The position numbers and the translations under genes are program-made. The notes below the pieces were generated by a model. The model saw only the letters and a program-made list of their open reading frames with translations, had not been told where the DNA came from and ran no database searches. A stretch of 64,000 bases of DNA, from contig JBCBFT010000019.1 in NCBI GenBank assembly GCA_038527485.1, positions 754 through 64,753 of the forward strand, read 5' to 3'. Positions 34,369-44,026 of the stretch are shown one piece after another; positions within the stretch are counted from its first letter, which is position 1; every line of letters begins with the position of its first letter. This DNA is from Bacteroidota bacterium (GTDB taxonomy: Bacteria; Bacteroidota; Bacteroidia; J057).

Positions 34369-36786
34369 ATGACAACTACTATGATGAAACGTCTGCTGCT
34401 ACTTACGATTTGGGTGTGGGTTATTTTAACTGCTTGTCAGCCCTCCTCGACTTCTTCTCCTTTTGATACATCCGATCTGCCTGCCATCAAGGGAAAAGCA
34501 TCCTATCTCGCCTCGCCTTTTGTCACTGCGGGGGATCGCTTGTATATGGTAGGACATCAAGATGGGAAGTTTCCAGATTTAGGCTGGCATGTCCAGGATG
34601 AAATGGGGGGTATCTGGGCGCATCCCATCAAGTTGATGGATGGATTCACCTTGGGAGTTCAGCAAGGAAATGACATGTATTGCCTGACAGAAGCAGATAC
34701 ATTCATCAATTATCCCTTTGCCAATCGACATCGATATACAAAAGGAATAGCTGACTTAGAGATAGATCGCCTACAGTTTGTCCCTGATGGTCAGGCGGGG
34801 ATTGTCATTTTGTATCAGATCACCCATCAGCAATCTACCCCATTGGATCTGACGCTGCATCTCGCAGGTATGGTGGATCTGCGCCCTGTGTGGTTGGGGG
34901 AAAGAACAGGACTAGGAGACGGAGAAGATCAACTCGTCTGGGATGAGGCAGCGAGTGTATTCGTAGGAAAAGATGAAGCGAATCGAGGAGAAGTCAGGTT
35001 TGGGAGTACAATGGCTGCTTTGGGTCATGAAATCGGCGCGCCCATCTGTGATTTTGAGCATGTAGGAAAAGGAAAAACGGGGACCATTACGTACGAGGTA
35101 CAAGTGGGGGCGAATGAGACCTTTACTTTTCCCCTTTTCATTGCCAATGACCAAAAGACTTACAACCAATTGACCACAAACTATGCGCAGCTTTTTGAGG
35201 AGAAAAAACAGCGATTTGCGCAACTGGAACAAAAGGCAGAATTGCGAATCCCAGATCCAGAAATAGAGCAGACCTTTGAGTGGTTGAAATACAACACCGA
35301 TTGGCTGATCCAAGAAGTACCAGGTGTAGGTCGAGGACTGACAGCAGGAATTCCTGACTATCCTTGGTGGTTTGGGGCTGATACAGAATATGCTTTGAAG
35401 GGAGCCATAGCCATCGGGCGTAAGGAACTGGTTTATGAAACCATCGATTTGATCCACAGGATCTCCGATACACTCAATGGCAATGGACGTATCCTACACG
35501 AAGTCTCCACCAATGGCGCGGTCTTCAATCCTGGCAACATCAACGAGACTCCTCAGTTTACTTCTCTTATTTGGCATGTCTACGAGTGGACAGGAGATAA
35601 GGCATTTTTGGAGAAATATTATCCTACCGTTCAAAAGGGCTTGAATTGGCTGATGACGGAAAAGGACAAAGACGGCAACTTACTGCCCGACGGCTTTGGG
35701 ATGATGGAAATCCATGGGTTGAACTCAGAGATGATTGATGTAGCCGCCTACACGCAGCGCGCGTTTGCCGATGCAGCCAAGATGGCCCAGCAGTTGGGGC
35801 TAGCCGATGATGAGAATCGCTACAAGGACATGGCTTCTCAGTTAGGGGAAAAGATCAATACAGACTTTTGGGTGGGAGAATTCAATTCCTACGCAGATTT
35901 TGTTGGGACGACTGCGCAGGCAAGGCACCTGATCGAAGATGCCATCGTACGTGCCGATACCTTGGATAAGCCCTGGGCTGTGGAGGAGCTAGAAGCGACC
36001 CAGGCGCAGATTGCCAGCTATCCTGCTACCCAAAAGCAGGGCTTCGTCTTGCACCACAACTGGGTCGTCAACACGCCCATGGAGATGGGCATCTCGCCTG
36101 CTGCTTATGCCATCCCCGCCCTCAATACGGGCAGCCAATTTGTCAATCCTTTTGGGATGTTTGTGACAGGGATCGACCGCGACGAGACGGCGGGGCAGGA
36201 TATGGGTTCATTTGCTGCTGACAAGAAGATCTTCTCCTACACGGGGGCCGTGATGACCCTGCCGACAGGTGTACAAGCTGTAGCTGAAAACAATTATGGA
36301 CGCCCTGACGAAGCACTGGACTACCTGCAGCGTATGACCAGGAGCTTTAGCTATGCTTTTCCAGGATCTATGTATGAGGTCTCGCCCGACTTTGGGATGA
36401 TCGTCCAAGCTTGGAATATCTACAGTTTTGGCGTACCGATTATCCAACAATTTTTTGGGGTCAAGCCTCAAGCTTACAAGCAAACCATTGTCATTCAACC
36501 CCAGATGCCTTCTACCTGGAATGAAGCCGAACTCAAGCAGGTGGAAGTGGGAGACAATGTGATTTCTATCCGCTACGAAAGGGTAGGGGAGGGAATGAAA
36601 ATGAATATTTCCCAGACAAAGGAAAACTGGAAGGTGATCGTAAAAGTACCTGAGAAGACCTACAAAAGCTGTGAGGTAAACGGAAATACCATTTCGCTAG
36701 ATGCCAGTCTTGCAAGCGACCAGAGATGGCGAAAGTTCGAGCAAGTAGCGTTGACGGGTACGAGTTGGGAGGTGAGGCTGAAGTAG
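34369..36786 (+). CDS. Large lipoprotein, probable (alpha/alpha)6-barrel glycoside hydrolase (glycogen-debranching/GDE_C or GH15-like fold)
   Basis: Lipobox LTAC. The central region GIPDYPWWFGADTEYALKGAIAIGRKELVYETIDLI...LHEVSTNGAVFNPGNINETPQF...YYPTVQKGLNWLM...DKDGNLLPDGFGMMEIHG resembles amylo-alpha-1,6-glucosidase-type catalytic domains. Confidence 0.5.
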   Translation: MTTTMMKRLLLLTIWVWVILTACQPSSTSSPFDTSDLPAIKGKASYLASPFVTAGDRLYMVGHQDGKFPDLGWHVQDEMGGIWAHPIKLMDGFTLGVQQGNDMYCLTEADTFINYPFANRHRYTKGIADLEIDRLQFVPDGQAGIVILYQITHQQSTPLDLTLHLAGMVDLRPVWLGERTGLGDGEDQLVWDEAASVFVGKDEANRGEVRFGSTMAALGHEIGAPICDFEHVGKGKTGTITYEVQVGANETFTFPLFIANDQKTYNQLTTNYAQLFEEKKQRFAQLEQKAELRIPDPEIEQTFEWLKYNTDWLIQEVPGVGRGLTAGIPDYPWWFGADTEYALKGAIAIGRKELVYETIDLIHRISDTLNGNGRILHEVSTNGAVFNPGNINETPQFTSLIWHVYEWTGDKAFLEKYYPTVQKGLNWLMTEKDKDGNLLPDGFGMMEIHGLNSEMIDVAAYTQRAFADAAKMAQQLGLADDENRYKDMASQLGEKINTDFWVGEFNSYADFVGTTAQARHLIEDAIVRADTLDKPWAVEELEATQAQIASYPATQKQGFVLHHNWVVNTPMEMGISPAAYAIPALNTGSQFVNPFGMFVTGIDRDETAGQDMGSFAADKKIFSYTGAVMTLPTGVQAVAENNYGRPDEALDYLQRMTRSFSYAFPGSMYEVSPDFGMIVQAWNIYSFGVPIIQQFFGVKPQAYKQTIVIQPQMPSTWNEAELKQVEVGDNVISIRYERVGEGMKMNISQTKENWKVIVKVPEKTYKSCEVNGNTISLDASLASDQRWRKFEQVALTGTSWEVRLK

Positions 36787-36828
36787 AGGGATGATCCTTA
36801 TGAAATGAAATCGTATACGCTCTGCTTT

Positions 36829-36883
36829 GAGCATGGGACTGAACTCCACATACTATGGGTCACTGTCCCTTCAGGACAATGAA
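36829..36883. repeat. Solo partial copy of the 33.3-kb repeat family
   Basis: GAGCATGGGACTGAACTCCACATACTATGGGTCACTGTCCCTTCAGGACAATGAA aligns with GAGCCTAGGACTGAACCCCACATGCTACATTTCATTGTCCCATCAGGACAATAAA at about 80% identity by eye. It also lies between convergent genes. Confidence 0.7.
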
Positions 36884-36964
36884 CTTGCTGAGGCGATCCC
36901 AAATTCAAAGATCAGGTGAGCATTCATCTGTTTAAACCGAGCCATCACACTCCATTGAAACACG

Positions 36965-37513
36965 TTAGGAAACCGCTTGCAAGATTTGAATGCGAATCAG
37001 ATCGGCCGCTTCTAGGTGTCGCTGCTCATGCGCCACGATGATGTCAAATGCGCTGGATAGGGGATATACGATGTTGCGATTGGCAGGAGAGGAGATGATC
37101 TGTTTTTGGTCTACAAGGTCTGCACAGCTATCGATGAAAGTCGCCAGTTCTTCCTGATGCTGCAAAAAGCGATCGAGGATGTCGCCATTGATGGTACTTT
37201 GGGAAGGTTCCCAAATGGGGAAAGTACGCGTTTTACGCTTTTGAGAAGGGGCGACGGAGCGATAAACTGTGTTGCCCATGGCGCGGTTGAGGAAACCTAT
37301 GCGGCCAAGAAAAGGAACCTTGTAGCGACCCCTTCTCACCACTTCGATGACAGGATAGTAGGTTTCGTTGACTGTGATGAGATGCTCGAGGTTTTGGGCG
37401 ATGCTCCATGTACTGGAATCTGGACGCCAGTTGAGTTCATCTGGTGTAAGGAAGCGGAAGGCTTGATTGGCCCATTCGCTTAGGCTGTGTATCTGTTGGC
37501 TCCACTCGCTCAT
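36965..37513 (-). CDS. DinB-family (DinB_2) four-helix-bundle protein
   Basis: The ATG at 37513 gives MSEWSQQIHSL.... WSIAQNLEHLI and IIVAHEQRHL give the His triad pattern of the DinB superfamily. Confidence 0.65.
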   Translation of the reverse strand: MSEWSQQIHSLSEWANQAFRFLTPDELNWRPDSSTWSIAQNLEHLITVNETYYPVIEVVRRGRYKVPFLGRIGFLNRAMGNTVYRSVAPSQKRKTRTFPIWEPSQSTINGDILDRFLQHQEELATFIDSCADLVDQKQIISSPANRNIVYPLSSAFDIIVAHEQRHLEAADLIRIQILQAVS

Positions 37514-37746
37514 AATAGTGCTTTCCCTTAATATGCGAAAATACTGTAAGAACTGAAAGAAGCACCTATTCAAATATCAAGTTGGGATAGCCTATCCTAC
37601 GCAGGACCACCGCTACAGCATGGTCAGCACTTTCAGGTGTAGTTATTTATGAAGGATTATACTTATTGGATGGCGAAATGAGAGGTGTATTTTCAATACC
37701 TATCCTTGTCAATCTCGATTCTCTGCTCTCACAATATCTTCTCCCC

Positions 37747-39012
37747 TTAAAAATACTGCCCAATCCCAATCACCCAGCCCCTTTGGCTCGGCGCATAAAT
37801 ATCCACTCCATAGTCTACCCTCAAAATCGCATTGTGGGCCTGCTTGTAAATCAAGCGAAGCCCACCTCCCGCAAAATGTCGAAACTGCTCTCTATCCCAC
37901 AACTCTGTCAGACTACCTCCTGGGTCGCGCCATGTCCCCACATCCGAGAATCCGACCACTTGCGCCGCAAATCTCCGTTTGTCCCAAAAGGCATACCGAT
38001 ACTCCAAATTGGCAATCAATGCCGCTGTCCCTCTGTCGATCCGATTACCCGCTCCGCGAATGTTGACGTAGCTGTCGAGCACGAAGGGAGCAAAGGGGGA
38101 ATTGGTATTGGTCGAGATGCCGATGCGGAGCCGTGAAGCAAAATTTCCTCGTTTGCCGATCCTGCGGTAGTATTTGGCATCATTTAAAAAGATGTGGAAC
38201 CAGTTGTTCTTGGCGAAGTTGTAGACCGACTGCCAATTGGCATGGTTGAGAAAGCCCGATTCGTAGAAGTAATCATAATTGATACGGTTAATATCATGAA
38301 TCGCTTTGAGCAAGATTTTATTTTCATTGAGCGCGTTGGGACCTGGTGTAGCTTCTCCCGCATGGCGAGCATTCTTCTGAAAATCCTCATTGAAAAAGGT
38401 CACTCCACTTTCAAAATATTGGTTGCGGTCCAGTTGGTAGATTCCCGTAAGCGTCGAACTGAGGTTGGTATAATCGTAGAAGACCGTCTGATCTCCGAAA
38501 TACAAAGGTTCTACCGAAGCAAAGCGCTGAAGACCACCCGAAAAGCCCCATCGAGATCCCTGAAGGAAAGGTGCGCGGAGGTAGAGTTGATAGTTTTGTC
38601 TGAGGTCATTGTTTCGGTAAATGGCAGTAAGCTGTTTGCCCTTCCCCAACCAGTTTACATCTGTGAAACCCAATTGAAACCAAAAATTTCCCCTGATTCC
38701 TCCAAAATTGATGATAGGGAAAAAAGTCCATGCTTCTTCTACTTGGAAGGTAACTTTGAGTCCTTCCGCTAGCGTGTCAATCTGTGCCTTGACATTGGCT
38801 ACAGCATACAAGTTCCTGAGGCGCTGTAGATCCTTTTGCAATCGCAAAGAATCTAAGGTCTCTCCCTGTTTCGTATCGATGAAATGACTCAAATAGGCCA
38901 ATTTCGTCTCTTTGAGTCCTTCTACCTCTACCTCTTGGATCTGATGTTGTGCCATCAGCAGGTGAGAAAGAAGTAGGAAGCCAAAGAATAATAGCTGTGT
39001 GATGATTTTCAT
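37747..39012 (-). CDS. BamA/Omp85-family outer-membrane protein (one POTRA-like domain plus a surface-antigen barrel)
   Basis: Signal peptide, then a POTRA-like IQEVEVEGLKETKLAYLSHFIDTKQGETLDSLRLQKDLQRLRNL, then a barrel ending ...RVDYGVDIY...GWVIGIGQYF. Confidence 0.7.
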   Translation of the reverse strand: MKIITQLLFFGFLLLSHLLMAQHQIQEVEVEGLKETKLAYLSHFIDTKQGETLDSLRLQKDLQRLRNLYAVANVKAQIDTLAEGLKVTFQVEEAWTFFPIINFGGIRGNFWFQLGFTDVNWLGKGKQLTAIYRNNDLRQNYQLYLRAPFLQGSRWGFSGGLQRFASVEPLYFGDQTVFYDYTNLSSTLTGIYQLDRNQYFESGVTFFNEDFQKNARHAGEATPGPNALNENKILLKAIHDINRINYDYFYESGFLNHANWQSVYNFAKNNWFHIFLNDAKYYRRIGKRGNFASRLRIGISTNTNSPFAPFVLDSYVNIRGAGNRIDRGTAALIANLEYRYAFWDKRRFAAQVVGFSDVGTWRDPGGSLTELWDREQFRHFAGGGLRLIYKQAHNAILRVDYGVDIYAPSQRGWVIGIGQYF

Positions 39013-39130
39013 GAGAATGTGTGAAATGGGGCGCTTAAGAATGAAAGAATAGTGAGTGTTTAGGGTATGATGGTTTTTTGGGGAATGTAAAGGTGTTTAT
39101 TCTGAAAAATGAAAAATGAAAAATGATCGG

Positions 39131-40696
39131 CTATCGATTAAACCTTAATCCAAAATTAAACGTCGAAGCGCGTCCATTGTTCTCTTGGAGAAATTCATTT
39201 GTGAAAGCGGTGTATAGCAATTCGACCTCAAACTTGCGTGTAAACTGATACTTGAATCCTAGACCTGACTGCGCGAAGTAGTCAAAATCCTGCTGCCAGT
39301 AAGGAGAGACGCCATTGAGGAAGTAGAAGGTAGTCTGTGGATTGGGGAAATAGCTCAAAATGACTGTGGCAGGGGTAGAAATACGGTTGATGTCGCCCTC
39401 TGCTCGACTGCCGATGTCCTCGATCATGAAGTCAATCTCTGTGAACAGCGAGAAGTTATTTCCCAAAGGAAAATCATTGAAAAACTGTGTCCACCAAGTC
39501 GCGCCGTCCCAGTCGATGAAAGGTAGTTGGCCATTTCCTTGCAAATTTTCTCCTACTGGAAACCAAAACGCACTCTGGATAGAGAAATTGGGCAGCTTGG
39601 CTGTCGGTGCCCAGCGGATCTTCGGGCCGATGCTCGTGATCCCTTGACGGGTGACAGCCCCCTGGGGGTTGCCCAAGACGCTGAAAGGCGAAGCCGATGC
39701 GCGGTCGTTCGACACGCGACGGTAACGCAGGTCAAAGCCTGCGTTGAAACGATCGCTGACCCCGTACACAAAGCTCAACCAAGAGGTGAAAAAGGTCGAG
39801 CGATCTATCAATGTCTCTCCATCTCCTGTCTGCTGTGTGTAGAGGTTGTTGAAGATCTTAGTTTCTGTCGTGCGCTTGGGAATCGCCGCAGAGACGACGT
39901 AGCGCGCGGCATTATTGCCCTCCGAAGCATCGAAATCTGTAGCCTCTTCGACATCTACACTTCCATTTCCTGAAGGCTGCTCATTGAGTGACCAATCGTA
40001 AGTATAAAACTGGATTTTGTAATCCGCAGGGATCTTCTGGCTACGATATTTGTTGATGAAAGCCAGGGCAGAAGTTTTGCTCCCTCCAAAGTCGCTGCTA
40101 TACCACTCAAATATCTGAGACAAACTCACGCTTTGGTTCGCTGCATCCACACGGATAAACTGGGCATTGTTCAATGCCTTGCGCGTCTGGCTTTGCAGCT
40201 GACTTTCCAGTTTTTCAGGACGATACGCAAAGTTGGTGATGGGTGGACAGCCTACTGCACCACAAACCAACACGAAGTGAAAGCGGGAATCTTTGTAGGT
40301 CTTGAGTAAGCGATCCTTTTCGATCTGATTCAACGTCAGGGACTGACCCGCTACCTTGTGCTTCTTGCTGTCAAAAAATCCATTGATATTGAGGACAGAG
40401 GTTAAGGGATAGTTGGCAAGTGCTCCTTTGATAACAAGAAGATTGTAGGCATTGATGTAGAATGCTTGCGTAGTTGCAGCATCCAGGTTCGATAGCGATG
40501 CACGTCCCACAAAGTCTGTCAGTTGATCGAGTTGTGCATTTTTATCCAATCTTTCATAAGCGACTTTTCCATTTTTGACATAAGACTTGAGGAATTGATC
40601 TGTCTGGTCAAAGAAAGTGTTGATGTCATTTACTTGAGCAGATAGGGATTGGGAAAAGACCCAAATGATGGCGAAGAATAAGGTTATTTTTTTCAT
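39131..40696 (-). CDS. DUF547 domain protein fused to a C-terminal beta-barrel-like domain
   Basis: The ATG at 40696 gives MKKITLFFAIIWVFSQSLSAQ. The DUF547 core is AFYINAYNLLVIKGALANYPL...RFHFVLVCGAVGCPPI. The C-terminal ~250 aa have alternating-pattern strands and end ...FNFGLRFNR. Confidence 0.7.
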   Translation of the reverse strand: MKKITLFFAIIWVFSQSLSAQVNDINTFFDQTDQFLKSYVKNGKVAYERLDKNAQLDQLTDFVGRASLSNLDAATTQAFYINAYNLLVIKGALANYPLTSVLNINGFFDSKKHKVAGQSLTLNQIEKDRLLKTYKDSRFHFVLVCGAVGCPPITNFAYRPEKLESQLQSQTRKALNNAQFIRVDAANQSVSLSQIFEWYSSDFGGSKTSALAFINKYRSQKIPADYKIQFYTYDWSLNEQPSGNGSVDVEEATDFDASEGNNAARYVVSAAIPKRTTETKIFNNLYTQQTGDGETLIDRSTFFTSWLSFVYGVSDRFNAGFDLRYRRVSNDRASASPFSVLGNPQGAVTRQGITSIGPKIRWAPTAKLPNFSIQSAFWFPVGENLQGNGQLPFIDWDGATWWTQFFNDFPLGNNFSLFTEIDFMIEDIGSRAEGDINRISTPATVILSYFPNPQTTFYFLNGVSPYWQQDFDYFAQSGLGFKYQFTRKFEVELLYTAFTNEFLQENNGRASTFNFGLRFNR

Positions 40697-40982
40697 TTCG
40701 TGATTTAGATGAAGTGTGAAGAATGAAAAATGGCGTAAGGCGACAGATGGAATCAAGCGAAGAATATAAATCAAAGTGAAGCTTGACTGTTAACCCTTTC
40801 GGTCTGATTTCTGACTTCCTTTCTATCTGTGTGCATCTTACAATGTTTACACATTCATCGAATACGAGTAATTTCCTCAGACTTTATCACGAAAAGATCA
40901 CAATTCAATCAAGTTTTTCTGAGGGAGATTTTTTTGAGGGGCATGCAGCAGATTTCTAGTCCATTTCGTATTAAACAAAACA

Positions 40983-41894
40983 ATGAATCATCATATGAAG
41001 ACACTTTTGCTGCTTTTAACCTTGTCGATTAGCTATTCTCTCTTCGCCCAGTCTTATCGACCTTACATTCTTCCTGATAAGACATGGGATATTCAAGATA
41101 CAGAGGGAAACGATATCTGTTTTGGCACTAAATATCGGAGGATGTTGCTGGATCGTGATACCCTCATAGATGGGGAGAGATGGTTCTTTATTGCCTTTCG
41201 CAAAACAAAGGACTCCTCCTGTGCCAATGATACCCTGACAGATGATGTATTTGTCGGCCATACGATCATCAGAGAGGATACGGCTGCACGTAGAGTATGG
41301 TGGAGAGATCTATCCACCGCCAACGGAGGCCCTTTTCCTATCCTAGATTTTGCTGCACAGATAGGCGATACTGTAAGGCTAGGCGCTACTCAAATAGAGG
41401 AGGGTATTTTACAGGATATTCAACCTTACACGTTACTCAATGGAGAAGTAACAAGGGAATTTTTCTTCGATACAAATAACGGTCCCACGAGTATAATCGA
41501 AGGTGTAGGAGGTGGTTTCAATTTGTTTGATCCCTTTCTCGTCGGTTTTGGTTTTGGTTCTACTACGATTTGTGTGAAAGAAAATGGCAATCCTATATAC
41601 TCTGAAGCCCCTGATGGACTATCCTGTTTTTTGAAAACAGTCGATAGTGATGCCCCTTTACGTGTCCTAATGGAGGTTTATCCCAATCCTACCAACCACA
41701 AAATGACGGTCAGACACAATATCCCGCTGGCAGGTGTGACGATCTGGTCAGTGGTAGGTGAGAAACTCTACGAAAGTACAGAAAGTAGTTCGTTTGAAGT
41801 GGATCTTAGTCCTTACCCTGCGGGTGTCTATCTCCTTCAGGTTCAATCTATGAATGGGAAATCAAAGCAAATCCGACGAATCGTAAAGTATTGA
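40983..41894 (+). CDS. Secreted hypothetical protein with a T9SS C-terminal sorting domain
   Basis: Signal peptide. The C-terminus is EVYPNPTNHKMTVRHN...GVYLLQVQSMNGKSKQIRRIVKY, the canonical type-A CTD. Confidence 0.65.
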   Translation: MNHHMKTLLLLLTLSISYSLFAQSYRPYILPDKTWDIQDTEGNDICFGTKYRRMLLDRDTLIDGERWFFIAFRKTKDSSCANDTLTDDVFVGHTIIREDTAARRVWWRDLSTANGGPFPILDFAAQIGDTVRLGATQIEEGILQDIQPYTLLNGEVTREFFFDTNNGPTSIIEGVGGGFNLFDPFLVGFGFGSTTICVKENGNPIYSEAPDGLSCFLKTVDSDAPLRVLMEVYPNPTNHKMTVRHNIPLAGVTIWSVVGEKLYESTESSSFEVDLSPYPAGVYLLQVQSMNGKSKQIRRIVKY

Positions 41895-42010
41895 GTAAAG
41901 AAATGACAATCGTTTGAAGTTCAGGAAACAAGGATCATCATATATGCCTCTTCCTATTTACGATCCTTTTTCCTAACTTTTAATATCCATTTATCTGAAG
42001 AACTTCTACC

Positions 42011-43930
42011 ATGGGAGAGGCAAGAGTAAAAATACTTTCTGAAAATCAGCAAGATATGCAGGCATTTGTGCGTCATCTACTTGAAGACGTGCAGGCCCTA
42101 GAATACATGATTGAAAATGACTGGTTCGAGACGGGTGTCGTCCGTATCGGTGCCGAGCAGGAGATGTGTCTCGTAGACCGCTACGGGAAGCCCGCGCTCA
42201 AGTCGGTCGAGATCCTGGAAGATTTCCATCCTGATTGGCTGACGACTGAGCTCGCCCAGTTTAATCTGGAACTCAATCTATCACCTCAACTCTTCACACA
42301 GGATGCCCTGAGTGAGATGGAAGCGGAGCTTCGGGCCTGTTTTGCTTCTGTACAACAAGTCGCAGCGCGTCACGACACACGGATTGCCCTGACGGGAATT
42401 TTGCCTACGATTCGTAAGTATGACCTCGTCTTAGACAATCTGACGCCTGAGCAGCGATATTTCGCCCTGATGACCGCACTCAAAAACATGCGCGGGTCCG
42501 ACTATGAGCTGAGACTGACAGGGATAGATGAGTTGAACCTTAAGCACGACTCTCCCTTGCTGGAAGCCTGTAATACATCTTTTCAGGTGCATCTACAGGT
42601 AGAACCCAAAACCTTTGTGCCGATGTACAACATCGCACAGGCACTCGCAGGACCGACCATGGCCATCGCTGCTAACTCTCCGCTGCTGATGGGCAAGCGC
42701 CTTTGGCATGAGACGCGGATTGTCCTCTTTCAGCAATCTATCGACGATCGCAAGAGCTTGAATTATCAACGAGAGCGGAGCCCTCGCGTGACTTTTGGCA
42801 CGGATTGGTTGAAGCATTCCATTCTAGAAATTTATAAAGAAGACATCTCCCGCTTCCGTCCGATCTTGGCATCAGAGGATTCTTACAGTGCCTTTGACAA
42901 AATCCGTGAAGGCATCACGCCTAAACTCAAGGCACTGCAAGTACACAATGGGACAGTCTATCGCTGGAACCGCCCTTGCTTTGGCATTAACTCGGATGGT
43001 ACGCCCCACCTGCGGATTGAAAATCGTGTCTTACCCGCAGGACCGACACTGCACGATGAGATGGCCAATACAGCCTTTTGGCTGGGAACGATGGTTGGGA
43101 TGTCCAGGGAGTATCCCGACATTACGAAGCATATGAGTTTTGCCGATGCGCGTGACAACTTCATCAAAGGAGCCCGAACAGGGATCGATGGTGAGTTTAC
43201 TTGGATAAATGAAAAGAAGTTCTCTGCTAGAGAGTTGGTACTTAAAGAGCTGTTGCCTCTGGCGCGGGAAGGGCTCAAGCACCATGGGATCGCCCCAGCG
43301 GATATCGACAAGTATCTGGGTACCATCCAGGAGCGTGCAGAGCATCACACAAACGGAGCCAGATGGATGCTGAAGACCTATACAGGGTTTTTGAAAGAAA
43401 CCAATCGAGAAGAGGCCCTTTCCTCCTTGACCAATGCCATCATCCATAATCAGGAGACACAAGCCCCTGTACATACTTGGAAGATCCCCACGCTCGGTGC
43501 CTTGAAAGAGTATGCACCTACCAAGATTCGGGTGGAGGAGTGTATGACGACAGATTTTCATACAGTCCACCGGGAAGACATCATAGATCTCGTAGCCGAT
43601 ATCATGAATTGGCGCAACATTCGTCACCTACCTGTGGAGGACAAGGAAGGACAATTGGTAGGACTCGTCACCTCGCGTATGCTGATGCGTCATTTTACGC
43701 GTCACAAAAACGGGCTGGGCAAGGCCGCACAGTGCGTGGAAGACATCATGAAGAAGGACATCATCACGATCTGTCCGACTGAGACCCTGATGAAAGCCCT
43801 GGAAATCATGGAAGCCCATAACATCGGTTGTCTGCCCGTCGTGAATGATGGGCGTCTCGTAGGTTTGTTGTCTGAGAGTAATTTCCTACAACTAAGTCGT
43901 CGCCTACTAAGGTCTGCTGCTAGTGAATAA
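42011..43930 (+). CDS. Carboxylate-amine ligase (glutamate-cysteine ligase family 2, YbdK-like) fused to a C-terminal CBS-domain pair
   Basis: The N-terminal ~480 aa carry the GCS2 pattern (VRIGAEQEMCLVD..., SFQVHLQV, RIENRVLPAGPT). The C-terminal ~130 aa hold two CBS modules (VEECMTTDFHTVHREDIIDLVADIMNWRNIRHLPVEDKEGQLVGLVT; VEDIMKKDIITICPTETLMKALEIMEAHNIGCLPVVNDGRLVGLLS). Confidence 0.7.
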   Translation: MGEARVKILSENQQDMQAFVRHLLEDVQALEYMIENDWFETGVVRIGAEQEMCLVDRYGKPALKSVEILEDFHPDWLTTELAQFNLELNLSPQLFTQDALSEMEAELRACFASVQQVAARHDTRIALTGILPTIRKYDLVLDNLTPEQRYFALMTALKNMRGSDYELRLTGIDELNLKHDSPLLEACNTSFQVHLQVEPKTFVPMYNIAQALAGPTMAIAANSPLLMGKRLWHETRIVLFQQSIDDRKSLNYQRERSPRVTFGTDWLKHSILEIYKEDISRFRPILASEDSYSAFDKIREGITPKLKALQVHNGTVYRWNRPCFGINSDGTPHLRIENRVLPAGPTLHDEMANTAFWLGTMVGMSREYPDITKHMSFADARDNFIKGARTGIDGEFTWINEKKFSARELVLKELLPLAREGLKHHGIAPADIDKYLGTIQERAEHHTNGARWMLKTYTGFLKETNREEALSSLTNAIIHNQETQAPVHTWKIPTLGALKEYAPTKIRVEECMTTDFHTVHREDIIDLVADIMNWRNIRHLPVEDKEGQLVGLVTSRMLMRHFTRHKNGLGKAAQCVEDIMKKDIITICPTETLMKALEIMEAHNIGCLPVVNDGRLVGLLSESNFLQLSRRLLRSAASE

Positions 43931-44026
43931 TGAGTGCTCGTACACAAAAAAGATAATGAAATGTGTATGTGAGCGCGAGATAACTACCAAAATTTCGGAG
44001 GAATTGTGCAAATTCAAGGTCTGAGT

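Noticed and set aside
37666-38772. Plus-strand ORFs 37666..38136 and 38194..38772, and similar antisense ORFs such as 8798..9268, 18983..19411, 20739..21245, 34912..35457, 43031..43627, 45204..45770 and 53156..53518
   Set aside because: They lie entirely within, and antisense or out of frame to, long ORFs with strong family signatures. Their low-complexity, Arg/Ser/Pro-rich translations are typical of shadow ORFs.
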